This document shows positions 41,931 to 52,131 of a DNA stretch of 64,000 nt, piece by piece (position 1 is the first letter of the stretch; every line of letters begins with the position of its first letter). The position numbers were made by a program, and so were the translations under genes. Under the pieces are notes generated by a model. The model did no database searches. It worked only from the letters and a program-made list of their open reading frames with translations, and had not been told where the DNA came from. Source of the DNA: Alphaproteobacteria bacterium. GTDB lineage: Bacteria > Pseudomonadota > Alphaproteobacteria > MPNO01. The DNA lies in NCBI GenBank assembly GCA_965248835.1, contig CBDFLJ010000002.1, positions 800,001 to 864,000 on the forward strand, given 5' to 3'.

Positions 41931-43613
41931 CCCGGATATCCCAGATAGGAGCCGATTTCGCTGCCTACCGAAGCATGATAGTCCAGCCATTGCAGCAGGT
42001 TAGCCATGGAGGAGCGGGGATTTGGCGGTGAACGCGACGGGTGAAGCAGAATCCGTCCCGCTGCGGCTCCAGTTTGACCGCTCGGTGAAGCTGGCGTTCT
42101 GCGGCTCTTCTATCAGTTCCGACGGTGGTCTGCTGCTTCACCGCGAACTCGATGATGCCCTTGGCCTCACCGGCATGGCGGCCGATCTCCTCGCCGATCC
42201 GCGCACCGGGAAGAACGGCCGTCACCATCTAGCGGCACTCCTGCGGCAATCGATCTTCTCTCGCCTGGCGGGATATGAAGACGTCAACGACGCGGATCGT
42301 CTTTGCCGCGATCCGGTGATGCGTCAGCTCGTTGGCGGACGGGCGGTGAAGCACGGTGCGGCCTCGGCGAGCGCCATGGGCCGGTTTGAGACGGAGATAT
42401 TGACCCAGCCTGATAACCTTACTGCTCTCGCCGATCTGCCCGGCCGCTGGATTGATGCGATCCATGACAGGCGACCACCGAAGAGCATCACGCTCGACAT
42501 GGACAGTTCGGAAAGCCCGGTGCACGGTAGTCAGGAGGGCTCCGCCTGGAACGGTCACTTCCAGTCGAAGTGCCTGCATCCGCTGTTCGTGTTCAACCAG
42601 TTCGGTGATCTGGAGCGGTGCTCCTTGCGTCCCGGCAACGTCCACAGCGCCGCCGGCTGGGAAGATGTGCTGCGGCCGGTTCTGGCGCGCTACTCCGCGT
42701 CTGCCCGGCAATCGATCACGCGGCGGCGGTTCCGGGCTGATGCTGCCTTTGCCATCCCGGCGTTGTTCGACCTGCTGGAAGCCGAGGGCTGGGACTACGC
42801 CATCCGAATCAAGGGCAATGCCAAGCTCCACGAGCGCATCGATTGGCTGACGAAGCGCCGGCCTGGCCGGCCGCCGAACCATGTCGTGCGCCTCTACACC
42901 AGCTTCCATTACCGGGCGAAGAGTTGGTCGAAGCCGCGCCGGGTGGTGGCCAAGGTGGAGTTCCATCCAGGCGAGCTGTTTCCGACCGTCGGCTTCATCG
43001 TCACCAACCGAGGCCTGCCCAACGAGCGGGTGCTGGCCTTCTACAACGACCGCGGCACCGCCGAGCAGCACATCAAGGAGGGCAAGTATGCGCTGAAGTG
43101 GACGCGTCTCTCCTGTATGCGCTTCGCGGCAAACGCCGTGCGGCTCCAATTGCATGCGCTCGCCTACAACCTCGCCAACTTCCCGCGGACAGCGGCGACG
43201 TCTGAACTGATCGAGCGCTGGTCCCTCACATCCTTGCGCGAACGGCTGATCAAGACTGGCACGCGGCTCGTGCGCCACGCCCGCTATGCGGTGTTCCAGA
43301 TGGCGGAGGCCGCGCTGCCCCGCTCTGTCTTCGCAGGCATACTCGGCCTCATCAACGGACTGCGGGGGCCGCCAGCCGTGACGGTGCCAGCATGATCAAC
43401 GGTCATCTTCGAGCCGCGATGCGCACGGCCGGAGGCGCGAGAGGTGCGACCTGCGGGAGCCAAAATGGCTTTCCTCGCTGCGCCGAACCGCTACCGGCAC
43501 GCTTTGCAGGCTCGACGTCGGCCGAACGAGGCGAAGCACAGGCATTCGTTGGCTTGATCAGCGACCCCACAAATGGCATCGTCAGTGGGAGTGTTCCATA
43601 TGGGGAATGCCGG
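41931..43613 (+). mobile_element. IS1380-family element
   Basis: Imperfect 16-bp terminal inverted repeats (11/16) around a full-length transposase. Confidence 0.8.
42022..43395 (+). CDS. IS1380-family transposase
   Basis: SSDGGLLL, GYEDVNDA, LDMDSS, RADAAF, YNDRGTAEQHIKEGK. Confidence 0.95.
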   Translation: MAVNATGEAESVPLRLQFDRSVKLAFCGSSISSDGGLLLHRELDDALGLTGMAADLLADPRTGKNGRHHLAALLRQSIFSRLAGYEDVNDADRLCRDPVMRQLVGGRAVKHGAASASAMGRFETEILTQPDNLTALADLPGRWIDAIHDRRPPKSITLDMDSSESPVHGSQEGSAWNGHFQSKCLHPLFVFNQFGDLERCSLRPGNVHSAAGWEDVLRPVLARYSASARQSITRRRFRADAAFAIPALFDLLEAEGWDYAIRIKGNAKLHERIDWLTKRRPGRPPNHVVRLYTSFHYRAKSWSKPRRVVAKVEFHPGELFPTVGFIVTNRGLPNERVLAFYNDRGTAEQHIKEGKYALKWTRLSCMRFAANAVRLQLHALAYNLANFPRTAATSELIERWSLTSLRERLIKTGTRLVRHARYAVFQMAEAALPRSVFAGILGLINGLRGPPAVTVPA

Positions 43614-43616
43614 CTA

Positions 43617-44294
43617 ATGGCCACGGCCAATGGGGCTATCCGACAAGAGGTGATAACCGTTTGCCGTGTGCTGGACGGGTTGGGGTTGGTGGAGGGTTTC
43701 GGCCACGTCAGCGTTCGCCAGCCGGATGGCAACGTACTCATCACCCCTGCCCGAGCGCCAGGGCTCGTACGACCAGACGAATTTCTAACGTTTAACCTGG
43801 AAGGCGAATTGGTCGCCGGAGACGACGGAACAGGGCCCTTGGAACGCTGGATGCACTTCGCCGTATACCGGGCGCGACCCGACATCCGGGCGATTGCTCG
43901 CACCCATTCTCGAATGGCTGCCGCGCTGGGTGTGGCGAATACGCCCATTTTCACCGCGCACGGCTTCGGCGGAATGTTGGGCGCAGTCGTACCTGTTCAC
44001 CCAGAAAACGACCTGATTACGGATGATGCGATGGGTCAGGCCGTAGCGGCGTCCCTGAATGGCAACGCCGGAGTGCTTCTGCGGGGAAATGGAGCGTTGG
44101 TGACAGGGACTACATTACCTCAAGCCTGCGTCCGCGCCATTTATCTAGAAGAGGCCGCTTGGTTGCAGGTAACAGCAGCCGGGGTCGGGGGGGTGGTTCC
44201 ATTCACAGTGGACGAGCTAAACGCGCGGTCACGCTGGCACGAAGCTGAGATGGAGCGCGCCTGGCATTACTACAGCGCCAAATTCGGCGTTTAG
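43617..44294 (+). CDS. Class II aldolase/adducin family protein
   Basis: GHVSVR, ERWMHFAVYRARPD, THS, LLRGNGAL. Confidence 0.88.
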   Translation: MATANGAIRQEVITVCRVLDGLGLVEGFGHVSVRQPDGNVLITPARAPGLVRPDEFLTFNLEGELVAGDDGTGPLERWMHFAVYRARPDIRAIARTHSRMAAALGVANTPIFTAHGFGGMLGAVVPVHPENDLITDDAMGQAVAASLNGNAGVLLRGNGALVTGTTLPQACVRAIYLEEAAWLQVTAAGVGGVVPFTVDELNARSRWHEAEMERAWHYYSAKFGV

Positions 44295-45021
44295 GGGTCG
44301 CGTGTGCGACATAGCTGGGGATCAATAGCTGACATCCTCGCGTCCGCTTGTCATCACACGTCGGACGCTCACGTTGCCTGTCTGCAAATCGAGTGATTGC
44401 GGGCTTAGATCGACCGCCAGGCCGTCCGAAAAGGCCGGGCCGCCTCGATCGGGCCTGGAACCGCAGGAAAAGGGACCCTTCAATGCGTCATGGTCTCCAA
44501 CGCCTTCCGGACGCTCGCCGGTCGGGGAAGCCGCGCCCGGCGAGCGTCCGGTTGCGGGCCCGAAGGTTTGGCATTTCGGGGTCGGGAATTCGCCGAGCGT
44601 AATTGCTTTCATGATGCATCTCCGCGGGTCGTTGCAGGGCGGCAACCGGAGCCGGCAAGAGCGATCAGAAGCAAAATGTCCGATGCGCGGGATCAATCGA
44701 AGCGGATCTTCCGCGGCGCCGGGATCGCGCAGGCGGCGGCGCCCACCTGCTGAAAGCCGACCCACGCGGTCCGGCCGCCAAATTCCGCTCCGGCCTGAAC
44801 GCGGACCTGCTGCGGCCGGGTGCCCCGTGCCGTCGTCCGACGCCGCCGGCCATGGGCTTGCCGGTCGCGGCGCAATCGCCCTACGCTGAAACCGTCCGCA
44901 CGCGCGCACTGAGATCGGCCTCCTTGTCGGCGGCAGGCCGAGTGCTTTCGGGCGCGAAGCGGGCCGATGCGTCGGCAGAGGCCGAGGGATCACCGAACGA
45001 CCGACGGGGCACGGGCGCAGC

Positions 45022-46050
45022 GTGGCAGGCAAGCGCATCGCAATGGTGGGGACCGGTGCGACCGCAGCGGGGTTCGGCGCCGACATGGTGGGCGCGGCGC
45101 TGGATGTCACCTTCATCGATCAGTGGCCGGCCCATGTCGAGGCGATGCGCGCCAACGGCCTGCGCGTCGAACTGCCCGACGAGACGGTGACGACGCCCGT
45201 GTCCGTGCTCCATATGTGCGACGTGGCGACGCTGCGCGCGCCCTTCGACATCGTCCTGCTCGGCGTCAAGGCCTACGACACGCGATGGGCGTGCGAGCTG
45301 ATCAAGCCGCTGGTCGCCCGCGATGGGCTGGTTGTCGGTCTCCAGAACGGCATGACGATGGACGGCGTGGCCTCGATCGTGGGGCCCGCGCGCACGCTTG
45401 GCGCGGTGATTGAAGTCGCGGCCAACATGTTCGAACCCGGCGTGGTCGTGCGGCAGACGCCGCCGGCCGGAACCTGGTTCGCCATCGGCGCGTATGACGA
45501 ATCGACGCGCGGCCGGGAGGCGGAGGTCGCCGACGTCTTGCGGCATGCCGGCGCGGTGGAGATCCGCGACGATATCCGGTCGGCGAAATGGATGAAACTG
45601 GTCGCCAATGCAGCGGAGTTTCTGCCGTCGTCGATCCTCGACCTGCCGCTCGCCGAGGCGGTCGAGCTACCCGGCATTTACGACGTGATGAAAGCGGCCG
45701 GGCGCGAAGCGGTGCGGACCGCGATCGCGCTTGGCCACAAGCTCGTGCCGATTTTCGGCGACAAGCGCATCGACGTGAACGACCCGGACCACTATGCGAC
45801 GGTCCTGTTCGATGCGGTCCTGACCGGGTGGACGCTGCCCGACACGAGGGTTGCGACCCTTCAGGACTGGATCAAGGGCCGGCGGGCCGAGATCGACGAC
45901 ATCAACGGTCTTGTCGTTGGAGAGCAGGCGAGGCTTGGCGGCGAGGCCCCGGTCAACCGGCAACTCGTCGAGATCGCGCATCGGATCGAGCGCGGCGAAC
46001 GCGCGCCCGATCCCTCGAACGCCGATTTGCTGCGGTCGCTGCTCGACTAG
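45022..46050 (+). CDS. Ketopantoate reductase (PanE/ApbA) family protein
   Basis: GTGATA, VKAYDT, LQNG, KWMKLVAN, EIDDING. Confidence 0.88.
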   Translation: MAGKRIAMVGTGATAAGFGADMVGAALDVTFIDQWPAHVEAMRANGLRVELPDETVTTPVSVLHMCDVATLRAPFDIVLLGVKAYDTRWACELIKPLVARDGLVVGLQNGMTMDGVASIVGPARTLGAVIEVAANMFEPGVVVRQTPPAGTWFAIGAYDESTRGREAEVADVLRHAGAVEIRDDIRSAKWMKLVANAAEFLPSSILDLPLAEAVELPGIYDVMKAAGREAVRTAIALGHKLVPIFGDKRIDVNDPDHYATVLFDAVLTGWTLPDTRVATLQDWIKGRRAEIDDINGLVVGEQARLGGEAPVNRQLVEIAHRIERGERAPDPSNADLLRSLLD

Positions 46051-46189
46051 GGCCTGTCGACAATCGACGGAGCCAGACCATGGCGCCGGCGTGGATCGGC
46101 CTGCGGCATGGTCTGGAACCAAGCCGCTCCGAAGGACCACACGCGGAACCGGAAGGAATTTGAATCGACTTTGACGGAGCTGGAACGGG

Positions 46190-46407
46190 AGCGGACGGTC
46201 GATGTCCGCGAAGTCCTGAACGGCAACGTGCAGGACCGCGATGGCGCGGCCGCGCTGCTGCGCCGGACACGCCGGCTGTTTCCGTTCATCGAGGTGATCT
46301 ACGCCGACGGCGGCTACCAGGGACCGAAGACGGCTGCCGTGGTGGCGAAGATCTGCCGTCGCCTTCATCCACCTCGCCATGATCCGCATCATGCTGCGCC
46401 GCTTGAC
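46190..46407 (+). mobile_element. Multiply deleted IS5-family stub related to 52646-53589
   Basis: Three joined pieces: VDVREVLNG / VQDRDGA...YADGGYQG / AFIHLAMIRIMLRRL. Confidence 0.85.
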
Positions 46408-46610
46408 CCGGCCAAGCCGTCCCAGAAATGTTCAAGCCCGAGCTGGCGATCGCGCTCCGCCAGTCCGGGGTCGAGGATCAGTTGCAGGGCGCGAATAAAG
46501 TTGCTTTTGCCGACTTTGTTTTCACCGACGATAACGATGCTGTCGCCGGTCTCAACGTCGACCTCCGAAAAATTGGCGAAATTACTTATCTTTATCCGCG
46601 AGATGCGCAC
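46408..46610 (-). pseudogene. N-terminus of an OLD/GajA-type ATP-dependent nuclease
   Basis: MRISRIKISNF...IVGENKVGKSNFIRALQLILDP, truncated at the IS stub. Confidence 0.75.
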
Positions 46611-46810
46611 GTTATCCCCCTCGCACTAAACGATCTATGTCATTTCCGTTATCTCACGCGCACAAGCTGACAACGAAAGCTGAACGTCCATCTGCGCACG
46701 ATTCAGCGCTGGGCCGATGACACCCAGACCATACCCGGCCCAGTCGCTGCCTTCATGTAAATGCTTGTGAAGCGGCAACCGGCCGTCGGCGCGGAGTCCG
46801 AGCGTTAGGC

Positions 46811-47341
46811 TCATTGGCCCGGCTTGTCGTCGTAGTAAGCGTCGACTATGGCGGTGAGCGCTCTGTCAATTTCGCCTATCTCAAACGTGATGCCGCCGCC
46901 GCGGATGATTGTTTCATAGCTGTACCTCCAGCGTTCAAATGCGTCTTTGTGAGAACACAAAACGTCGCGAAGGGGATGCTTTGTTAGCAACAATGCTGCG
47001 GGTGGGCTCAATTTCCGCATCCTTGCTTCCAGCATCTCTTGGGTGCCCAGTTTCAAACTTTCGAACAATGTCAGCAAGTCATGAGTCTTGCCAGGCTTTT
47101 TCTTGCCTTCTCGGACCTGCCATGCCTTCAGTGCGATCTCTGTCGCCAGTGATAGCAAGATGGGGACAGCCCGGCGTTTTCCCCTGGAAAGAAACGAGTC
47201 CGACTGGGAAGATTCGGATCCGTTCTGTTTCAGTTCCTTCGCAACACGCTGCAATGACTTCGCTTCATCGATCATCTCGTGCGGAAACGCGGTCATCAAC
47301 TCCCGAAAAGAGATCTCCTCGCGCTTTCCCTTTTTTTCCAT
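46811..47341 (-). CDS. HEPN-like domain protein
   Basis: LATEIALKA, KTHDLLTLFESL, FERWRYSYE; start 47341 or 47395. Confidence 0.65.
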   Translation of the reverse strand: MEKKGKREEISFRELMTAFPHEMIDEAKSLQRVAKELKQNGSESSQSDSFLSRGKRRAVPILLSLATEIALKAWQVREGKKKPGKTHDLLTLFESLKLGTQEMLEARMRKLSPPAALLLTKHPLRDVLCSHKDAFERWRYSYETIIRGGGITFEIGEIDRALTAIVDAYYDDKPGQ

Positions 47342-47489
47342 CAATGAATTACCCCTCGCCGTAGTGATCTGATACTGCGCAGTACCTGCTTCCATATGCT
47401 GGCATTCTGCTATCCTTGTCGGATCGCGCACAAAGCGCTTCTCCGGGCGCCGCCGTCGCCGTCGGCGCGCCATCGGTTCGGTTCGGCGT

Positions 47490-48905
47490 TCAAGCTCTGC
47501 ACATCGGCGGCGGGCCGATGCGATCGCGCGCCCGGCCGAGCACGCGCTCGCAGGCGAGCGCGAGGGCGAGTGCGGTTTCTTCGCCGCCGCCGCGCGCGAC
47601 GATGTGCAGCCCGACCGGCATTCCGGCGCTGTCGAGGGCCACCGGCAGCGTGATTGCGCACATGCCGAGCAGGCTCGCGGTGTTGGTGTTGCGCACCAGA
47701 AGCAGGTTCTGCCGGAGATGTTCTTCGGGGCCGGTGATCTCCGCCAAATCGGGCGGGGTCAGCGGCAGCGTCGGCCCGACCAGCGCGTGCAGCCCGTCGA
47801 AGGCGCGATGCGCCTCGCGCGACAGCGCGCCGAGGCGGTGCACGCGCTGCAGATGCTCCGACGCCGGCAAGGCTTCCGTCTGCTCGATACGGATCGCCAC
47901 CGCCGGATCCAGGTCGGCGCGGTAGGCCGCCATCTCGTCGTTGAGGAACCGGGTGAAGTCGCCGACATGCAGCCCGCCCTGGCGAAACAGCGCGGTCGCG
48001 GGCTCGAATTGGGGGATCGTCGCCGGCGACAGGCGCAGGCCGGACCGCGCGAGCGCGTCGAGCGCGGATTTGACGCCTTCGGCGATGCCGGGATCGCAAT
48101 CCTCGAAGTACCACTCGCACAGCCCGACATGGAAGTCGGCGAGATCGGCGGCCGCCAGCCGGCGCGTCCAGGCGACGGCGTCCTCCTCGACGCCCGGGTC
48201 GATGGCGGCGAAGCCGATCGTCATGTCGGCGGCCGAGCGCGCGAGCACGCCCGCCGTGTCGAGCGCCGGGCTCAACGGCACGATGCCCTCGGTCGACCAG
48301 CGGCCCGCCGTCGGACGGATCCCCGCGGTGCCGGTCATCGAGGCCGGGATGCGCACCGATCCGGCGGTGTCGGAGCCGATCGCCAGCACGGCCGATCCCT
48401 CCCACAGGCTGACCCCGGCGCCCGAGCTCGAGCCGCCGGGCGAGCGGTGGGCGGCCGCGTCCCACGGGTTGCGCGGCGCGCCCCAATGGGGGTTGGCGCC
48501 GAGCCCGCCATAGGCGAACTGGACGGTGTGGGTCTTGCCGCTGATCACCGCGAGCTGGCGGCGGAGCGCGCGGACGACCGGCCCTTCGCGGCGCCATTCG
48601 CCCGGCAGCTCGCGCGGGCAGCCGGCAAAAGTAGGATAACCCGCAACCCCGAACAGGTCCTTGATCGACACCGGGATGCCTTGCAACGGGCCGAGATCGT
48701 TGTCGGCGGCGCGCGCCGCGTCGGCGAGCGCGGCCTCCGCGCGCACGCGGTCGGGATCGAAGGTCTTGTATGCGTGGAGCGCTTCGCCGCGGGCCGCATG
48801 GTTGGCGATCGCCCAGTCGGCGATAGCGGCCGCACTCAGCCGGCCATCGCGCAACGCGGCCACGATCGTATCGAGTGCGGCGGTCTCAATGTCCGGATCG
48901 GCCAT
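47490..48905 (-). CDS. Amidase signature family enzyme
   Basis: SIKDLF, PGGSSSG, IGSDTAGSVRIPAS. Confidence 0.95.
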   Translation of the reverse strand: MADPDIETAALDTIVAALRDGRLSAAAIADWAIANHAARGEALHAYKTFDPDRVRAEAALADAARAADNDLGPLQGIPVSIKDLFGVAGYPTFAGCPRELPGEWRREGPVVRALRRQLAVISGKTHTVQFAYGGLGANPHWGAPRNPWDAAAHRSPGGSSSGAGVSLWEGSAVLAIGSDTAGSVRIPASMTGTAGIRPTAGRWSTEGIVPLSPALDTAGVLARSAADMTIGFAAIDPGVEEDAVAWTRRLAAADLADFHVGLCEWYFEDCDPGIAEGVKSALDALARSGLRLSPATIPQFEPATALFRQGGLHVGDFTRFLNDEMAAYRADLDPAVAIRIEQTEALPASEHLQRVHRLGALSREAHRAFDGLHALVGPTLPLTPPDLAEITGPEEHLRQNLLLVRNTNTASLLGMCAITLPVALDSAGMPVGLHIVARGGGEETALALALACERVLGRARDRIGPPPMCRA

Positions 48906-49134
48906 CGCTGCCCCATCGTCTCGAAATTTCCCCGCCTTGTCGGACAGGTTGGCGGCGCGGTCAAGCTGTCGTCCGGCTGCCGGTCACGCCGCCACAATAC
49001 CAGGCGTCGATCCGATCCGGCAGGTCATCCGGGCGCGGCCGCGAACGACGCTGTCGATCGTCGCGACATGGGGCGCGCATGGACTTCCTTCGATCCCGCA
49101 CCTAGGATTTTCTCCGCCAACGGGGAGCAAGGTG

Positions 49135-50238
49135 ATGGCCAGACGCGAAAAACCGCCGTTCCGCGCCGATCACGTCGGCAGCCTGCTGCGCCCTGCCGCG
49201 CTCAAGGCGGCGCGCGAAAAACATGCCGGGGGCGAGCTCGACGCGGCCGGGCTCGAGGCCGTCGAGGACCGCGAGATCGCGCGCGTCATAAGGAAGCAGG
49301 AGGAAATCGGCATCCAGGCCGTGACCGACGGCGAGTTCCGGCGCTCGTGGTGGCACCTCGACTTCCTGTGGGGGCTCGACGGCATCGAGCGGCACGTCAT
49401 GGAAGCCGGCGTCGCCTTCGCCGGAACCACCACGCGCGCCGAGGGGGTGCGGGTCGCGGCGAAAATCGGTTTCTCCGGCCATCCGATGCTGGAGCATTTC
49501 GCGTTCGTCGATGCACGGTCCGACCGGCTGGCGAAAATGACCATCCCGGCGCCGTCGGCGGTCTACGGCCGGCCCGTGAAGGTGCCGATCGATGCGGCCG
49601 CATATAAGGAGCTCGACGCGTTTTTCGACGACCTCGGCCAGGCCTACCGCAAGGCCGTGCGCGCCTTCGCCGACGCCGGCTGCCGCTACCTGCAGCTCGA
49701 CGAGGTGTTCATCGCCATGTTGTGCGACGAGAACTACCGCCGCCGGATGATCGAACGCGGCGACGATCCGGAGAGGCTCGCCGATCTCTACGCCGATCTC
49801 ATCAACACGGCCGTATCGGACATCCCCGCCGACATGACCGTCACCATGCATCTGTGCCGCGGCAACTACAAATCGACCTTCATGGGCACCGGCGGGTACG
49901 AAGCGGTGCAGGAGGTGCTGTTCGGCAAGACCGCCGTCCACGGATACTTCATGGAGTACGACAGCGAACGCGCCGGCGGCTTCGAGCCGCTGCGCCTGCT
50001 GCCGAAGGACAAGACCGTCGTGCTCGGCCTGGTGACCACCAAGCGCGGCGCGCTCGAAACCAGGGACGAGATCATGCGGCGCATCGACGAGGCGGCGAAG
50101 TTCGCCGACATCGACCAGCTCTGCCTGTCCGGCCAGTGCGGCTTCGCCTCGAGCGAGGAAGGCAACACGTTGAGCGAGGACGAGCAGTGGGCCAAGCTCG
50201 CCCGCATCGTCGAAGTCGCCGACGAGGTCTGGTCCTGA
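49135..50238 (+). CDS. Cobalamin-independent methionine synthase II family protein (single barrel)
   Basis: RADHVGSLLRP, TDGEFRR, HLCRGN, EYD, QCGFAS. Confidence 0.92.
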   Translation: MARREKPPFRADHVGSLLRPAALKAAREKHAGGELDAAGLEAVEDREIARVIRKQEEIGIQAVTDGEFRRSWWHLDFLWGLDGIERHVMEAGVAFAGTTTRAEGVRVAAKIGFSGHPMLEHFAFVDARSDRLAKMTIPAPSAVYGRPVKVPIDAAAYKELDAFFDDLGQAYRKAVRAFADAGCRYLQLDEVFIAMLCDENYRRRMIERGDDPERLADLYADLINTAVSDIPADMTVTMHLCRGNYKSTFMGTGGYEAVQEVLFGKTAVHGYFMEYDSERAGGFEPLRLLPKDKTVVLGLVTTKRGALETRDEIMRRIDEAAKFADIDQLCLSGQCGFASSEEGNTLSEDEQWAKLARIVEVADEVWS

Positions 50239-50318
50239 CAGGTTTTCCCCGGCATTTCCCATGTGACGCGAGGACGGTTGCCGGTCTTGCGCACCGGGGC
50301 ACCCACCTGCCGCGCCCG
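50042..50318 (+). repeat. 277-bp direct repeat, left copy (gene 3' end plus downstream DNA)
   Basis: Matches 52132-52408 without gaps, about 17 mismatches. Confidence 0.95.
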
Positions 50319-50386
50319 ATCCAGGGGCCGCCTTCAGCGACAAGCCAAAAGTGAGAAATTTTGGGTCGCCAAAAATGGGAGATTTA

Positions 50387-50966
50387 CTAGTCCCACGGAC
50401 ACTTTCCAACTCTCAGTTTCTTATTACAGTTGTGGAGTCTTGCGGCATCGAGCCAGCTTACGGTCGCTGTTGACTGGTGCTGACCATACGGCCCATTTAT
50501 GCCCCTACAAGTTGCGGAGATCGCGCACTCAGCGTTGCTAGTGGCGGTGGCGGTTTCATCCTTGCACGAATCGTCCGCGGAGCTGGCCTCGAACTGCTCA
50601 AGGCACGAATCGTCGTCGACGACGTCCGCCTCGTTGCAGAGATCGCCCAGATCTTTGCAGCAGTAAACCCCGTTGACCTGGGTGGCGGACTGTTCTGCCG
50701 TGTTGCCGGTGGTCAAATACACTATCGTATCCGCCAGTATCTCTTTGTCGATCTTTGCGACGACCTCCCCGTGGTCCGGGCACAGGTTTTGGATTTCGAC
50801 AGTTTGTCCGCTTGCAACCGTGCTTATCTTGACGCGTAGGCAATCCGCGCTCTGGTGATTGATTCTCTGGCCATGCCGCGCAGCCGGCATGGGCCTGACC
50901 GGCAAGCAGCGCCGCCAATGCGAGCGCGAACACGGCCGAGAGCGCGTGGGCTTTATTCCAGGTCAT
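50387..50966 (-). pseudogene. Secreted 12-cysteine protein, paralog 2 (+1 frameshift after the signal peptide)
   Basis: 580 bp versus 579 bp for paralog 3; extra base near 50870-50880. Confidence 0.85.
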
Positions 50967-51197
50967 TTTCGGACCTTTCCGTTGCGCGCCGATGCGCCGT
51001 TCGTGGGGCCTCATTGCCCTGATGGTGCGTATCGCGCTGCGCTCGAATGTCGGCTTTACGCCGCCTGATTGCGCCCTTCTCCCCGGTCGGCCTGACGTGA
51101 TCGGCACATAACGTCCCTGCCGCGACCGATCCAGGGGGCCGCCTTCAGCGACAAGCCAAAAGTGAGAAATTTTGGGTCGCCAAAAATGGGAGATTTA

Positions 51198-51776
51198 CTA
51201 GTCCCACGGACACTTTCCAACTCTCAGTTTCTTATTACAGTTGTGGAGTCTTGCGGCATCGAGCCAGCTTACGGTCGCTGTTGACTGGTCCTGACTATAC
51301 GACCCATGCATGTCCCTACAAGTTGCGGAGATCGCGCACTCACCGTTGCTAGTGGCGGTGGTGATTTCATCCTTGCACGAATCGGCCGCGGTGCTGCCCT
51401 CGAACTGGTCAAGGCACGAATCGTCGTGGACGATGTCCGACACGTTGCAGAGATCGCCCAGAAGTGTGCAGCAGTAAACCCCGTTGATCTGGGTGGCGGA
51501 GCGTTCTACCGTGCTGCCGTTGGTCAAATACACTGCCAGATTCACCTGTATCTTTCTGTCGATCCTTGCGACGACCCACCCGAGGTCCGGGCACAGGTTT
51601 TGGACTTCGACAGTTTGTCCGCTTGCAGCCGTGCTTATCTGGACGCGTAGGCAATCCGCGCTCTGGTGATTGATTTTCTGGCTGCCGCTGCAGCCGGCAT
51701 GGGCCTGACCGGCAAGCAGCGCCGCCAATGCGAGCGCGAACACGGCCGAGAGCGCGTGGGCTTTATTCCAGGTCAT
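51198..51776 (-). CDS. Secreted 12-cysteine protein, paralog 3
   Basis: Signal peptide ending AHA, 12 Cys, AAAGG RBS. Confidence 0.88.
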   Translation of the reverse strand: MTWNKAHALSAVFALALAALLAGQAHAGCSGSQKINHQSADCLRVQISTAASGQTVEVQNLCPDLGWVVARIDRKIQVNLAVYLTNGSTVERSATQINGVYCCTLLGDLCNVSDIVHDDSCLDQFEGSTAADSCKDEITTATSNGECAISATCRDMHGSYSQDQSTATVSWLDAARLHNCNKKLRVGKCPWD

Positions 51777-52131
51777 TTTCGGACCTTTCCGTTGCGCGCC
51801 GGGGCATCATTGTGCCACCGGCAGGACAGCGTACTCGTCACCTGGCGCCAGAATTATCCGGCAGCGTTGCTGCGCCGTCAATGTCAATTCGTGCCTTGAA
51901 CGGTTCAAGGGCAGCGACGCGGGTGGTTCATGCCGCGATCCAGCCGCCGGCGTCGATGCCATCTATCGGTGCAAGGTCACCGCTTCGTGTGAAAACGGGA
52001 ATGGCGGCCGTCGAAAGGCGAGCGCGACCGTGGCTGGCGCGACGTCAACGATCTCCGCAACTGTGCGGGCCATCTGGAAGTCGGAGCGTGCGACCCTCAG
52101 CCGGATCCAAAGTAGCATTGTCGATAACGAG

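Larger units (their letters stand above)
50309..51801. repeat. Tandem duplication of the Cys-rich gene unit (about 50309-50991 and 51119-51801)
   Basis: Near-identical flanks and gene ends, period about 810 bp. Confidence 0.95.

Noticed and set aside
43392-43616. N-terminal extension of the aldolase ORF
   Set aside because: Lies inside the IS1380 right end; family similarity starts at ATG 43617
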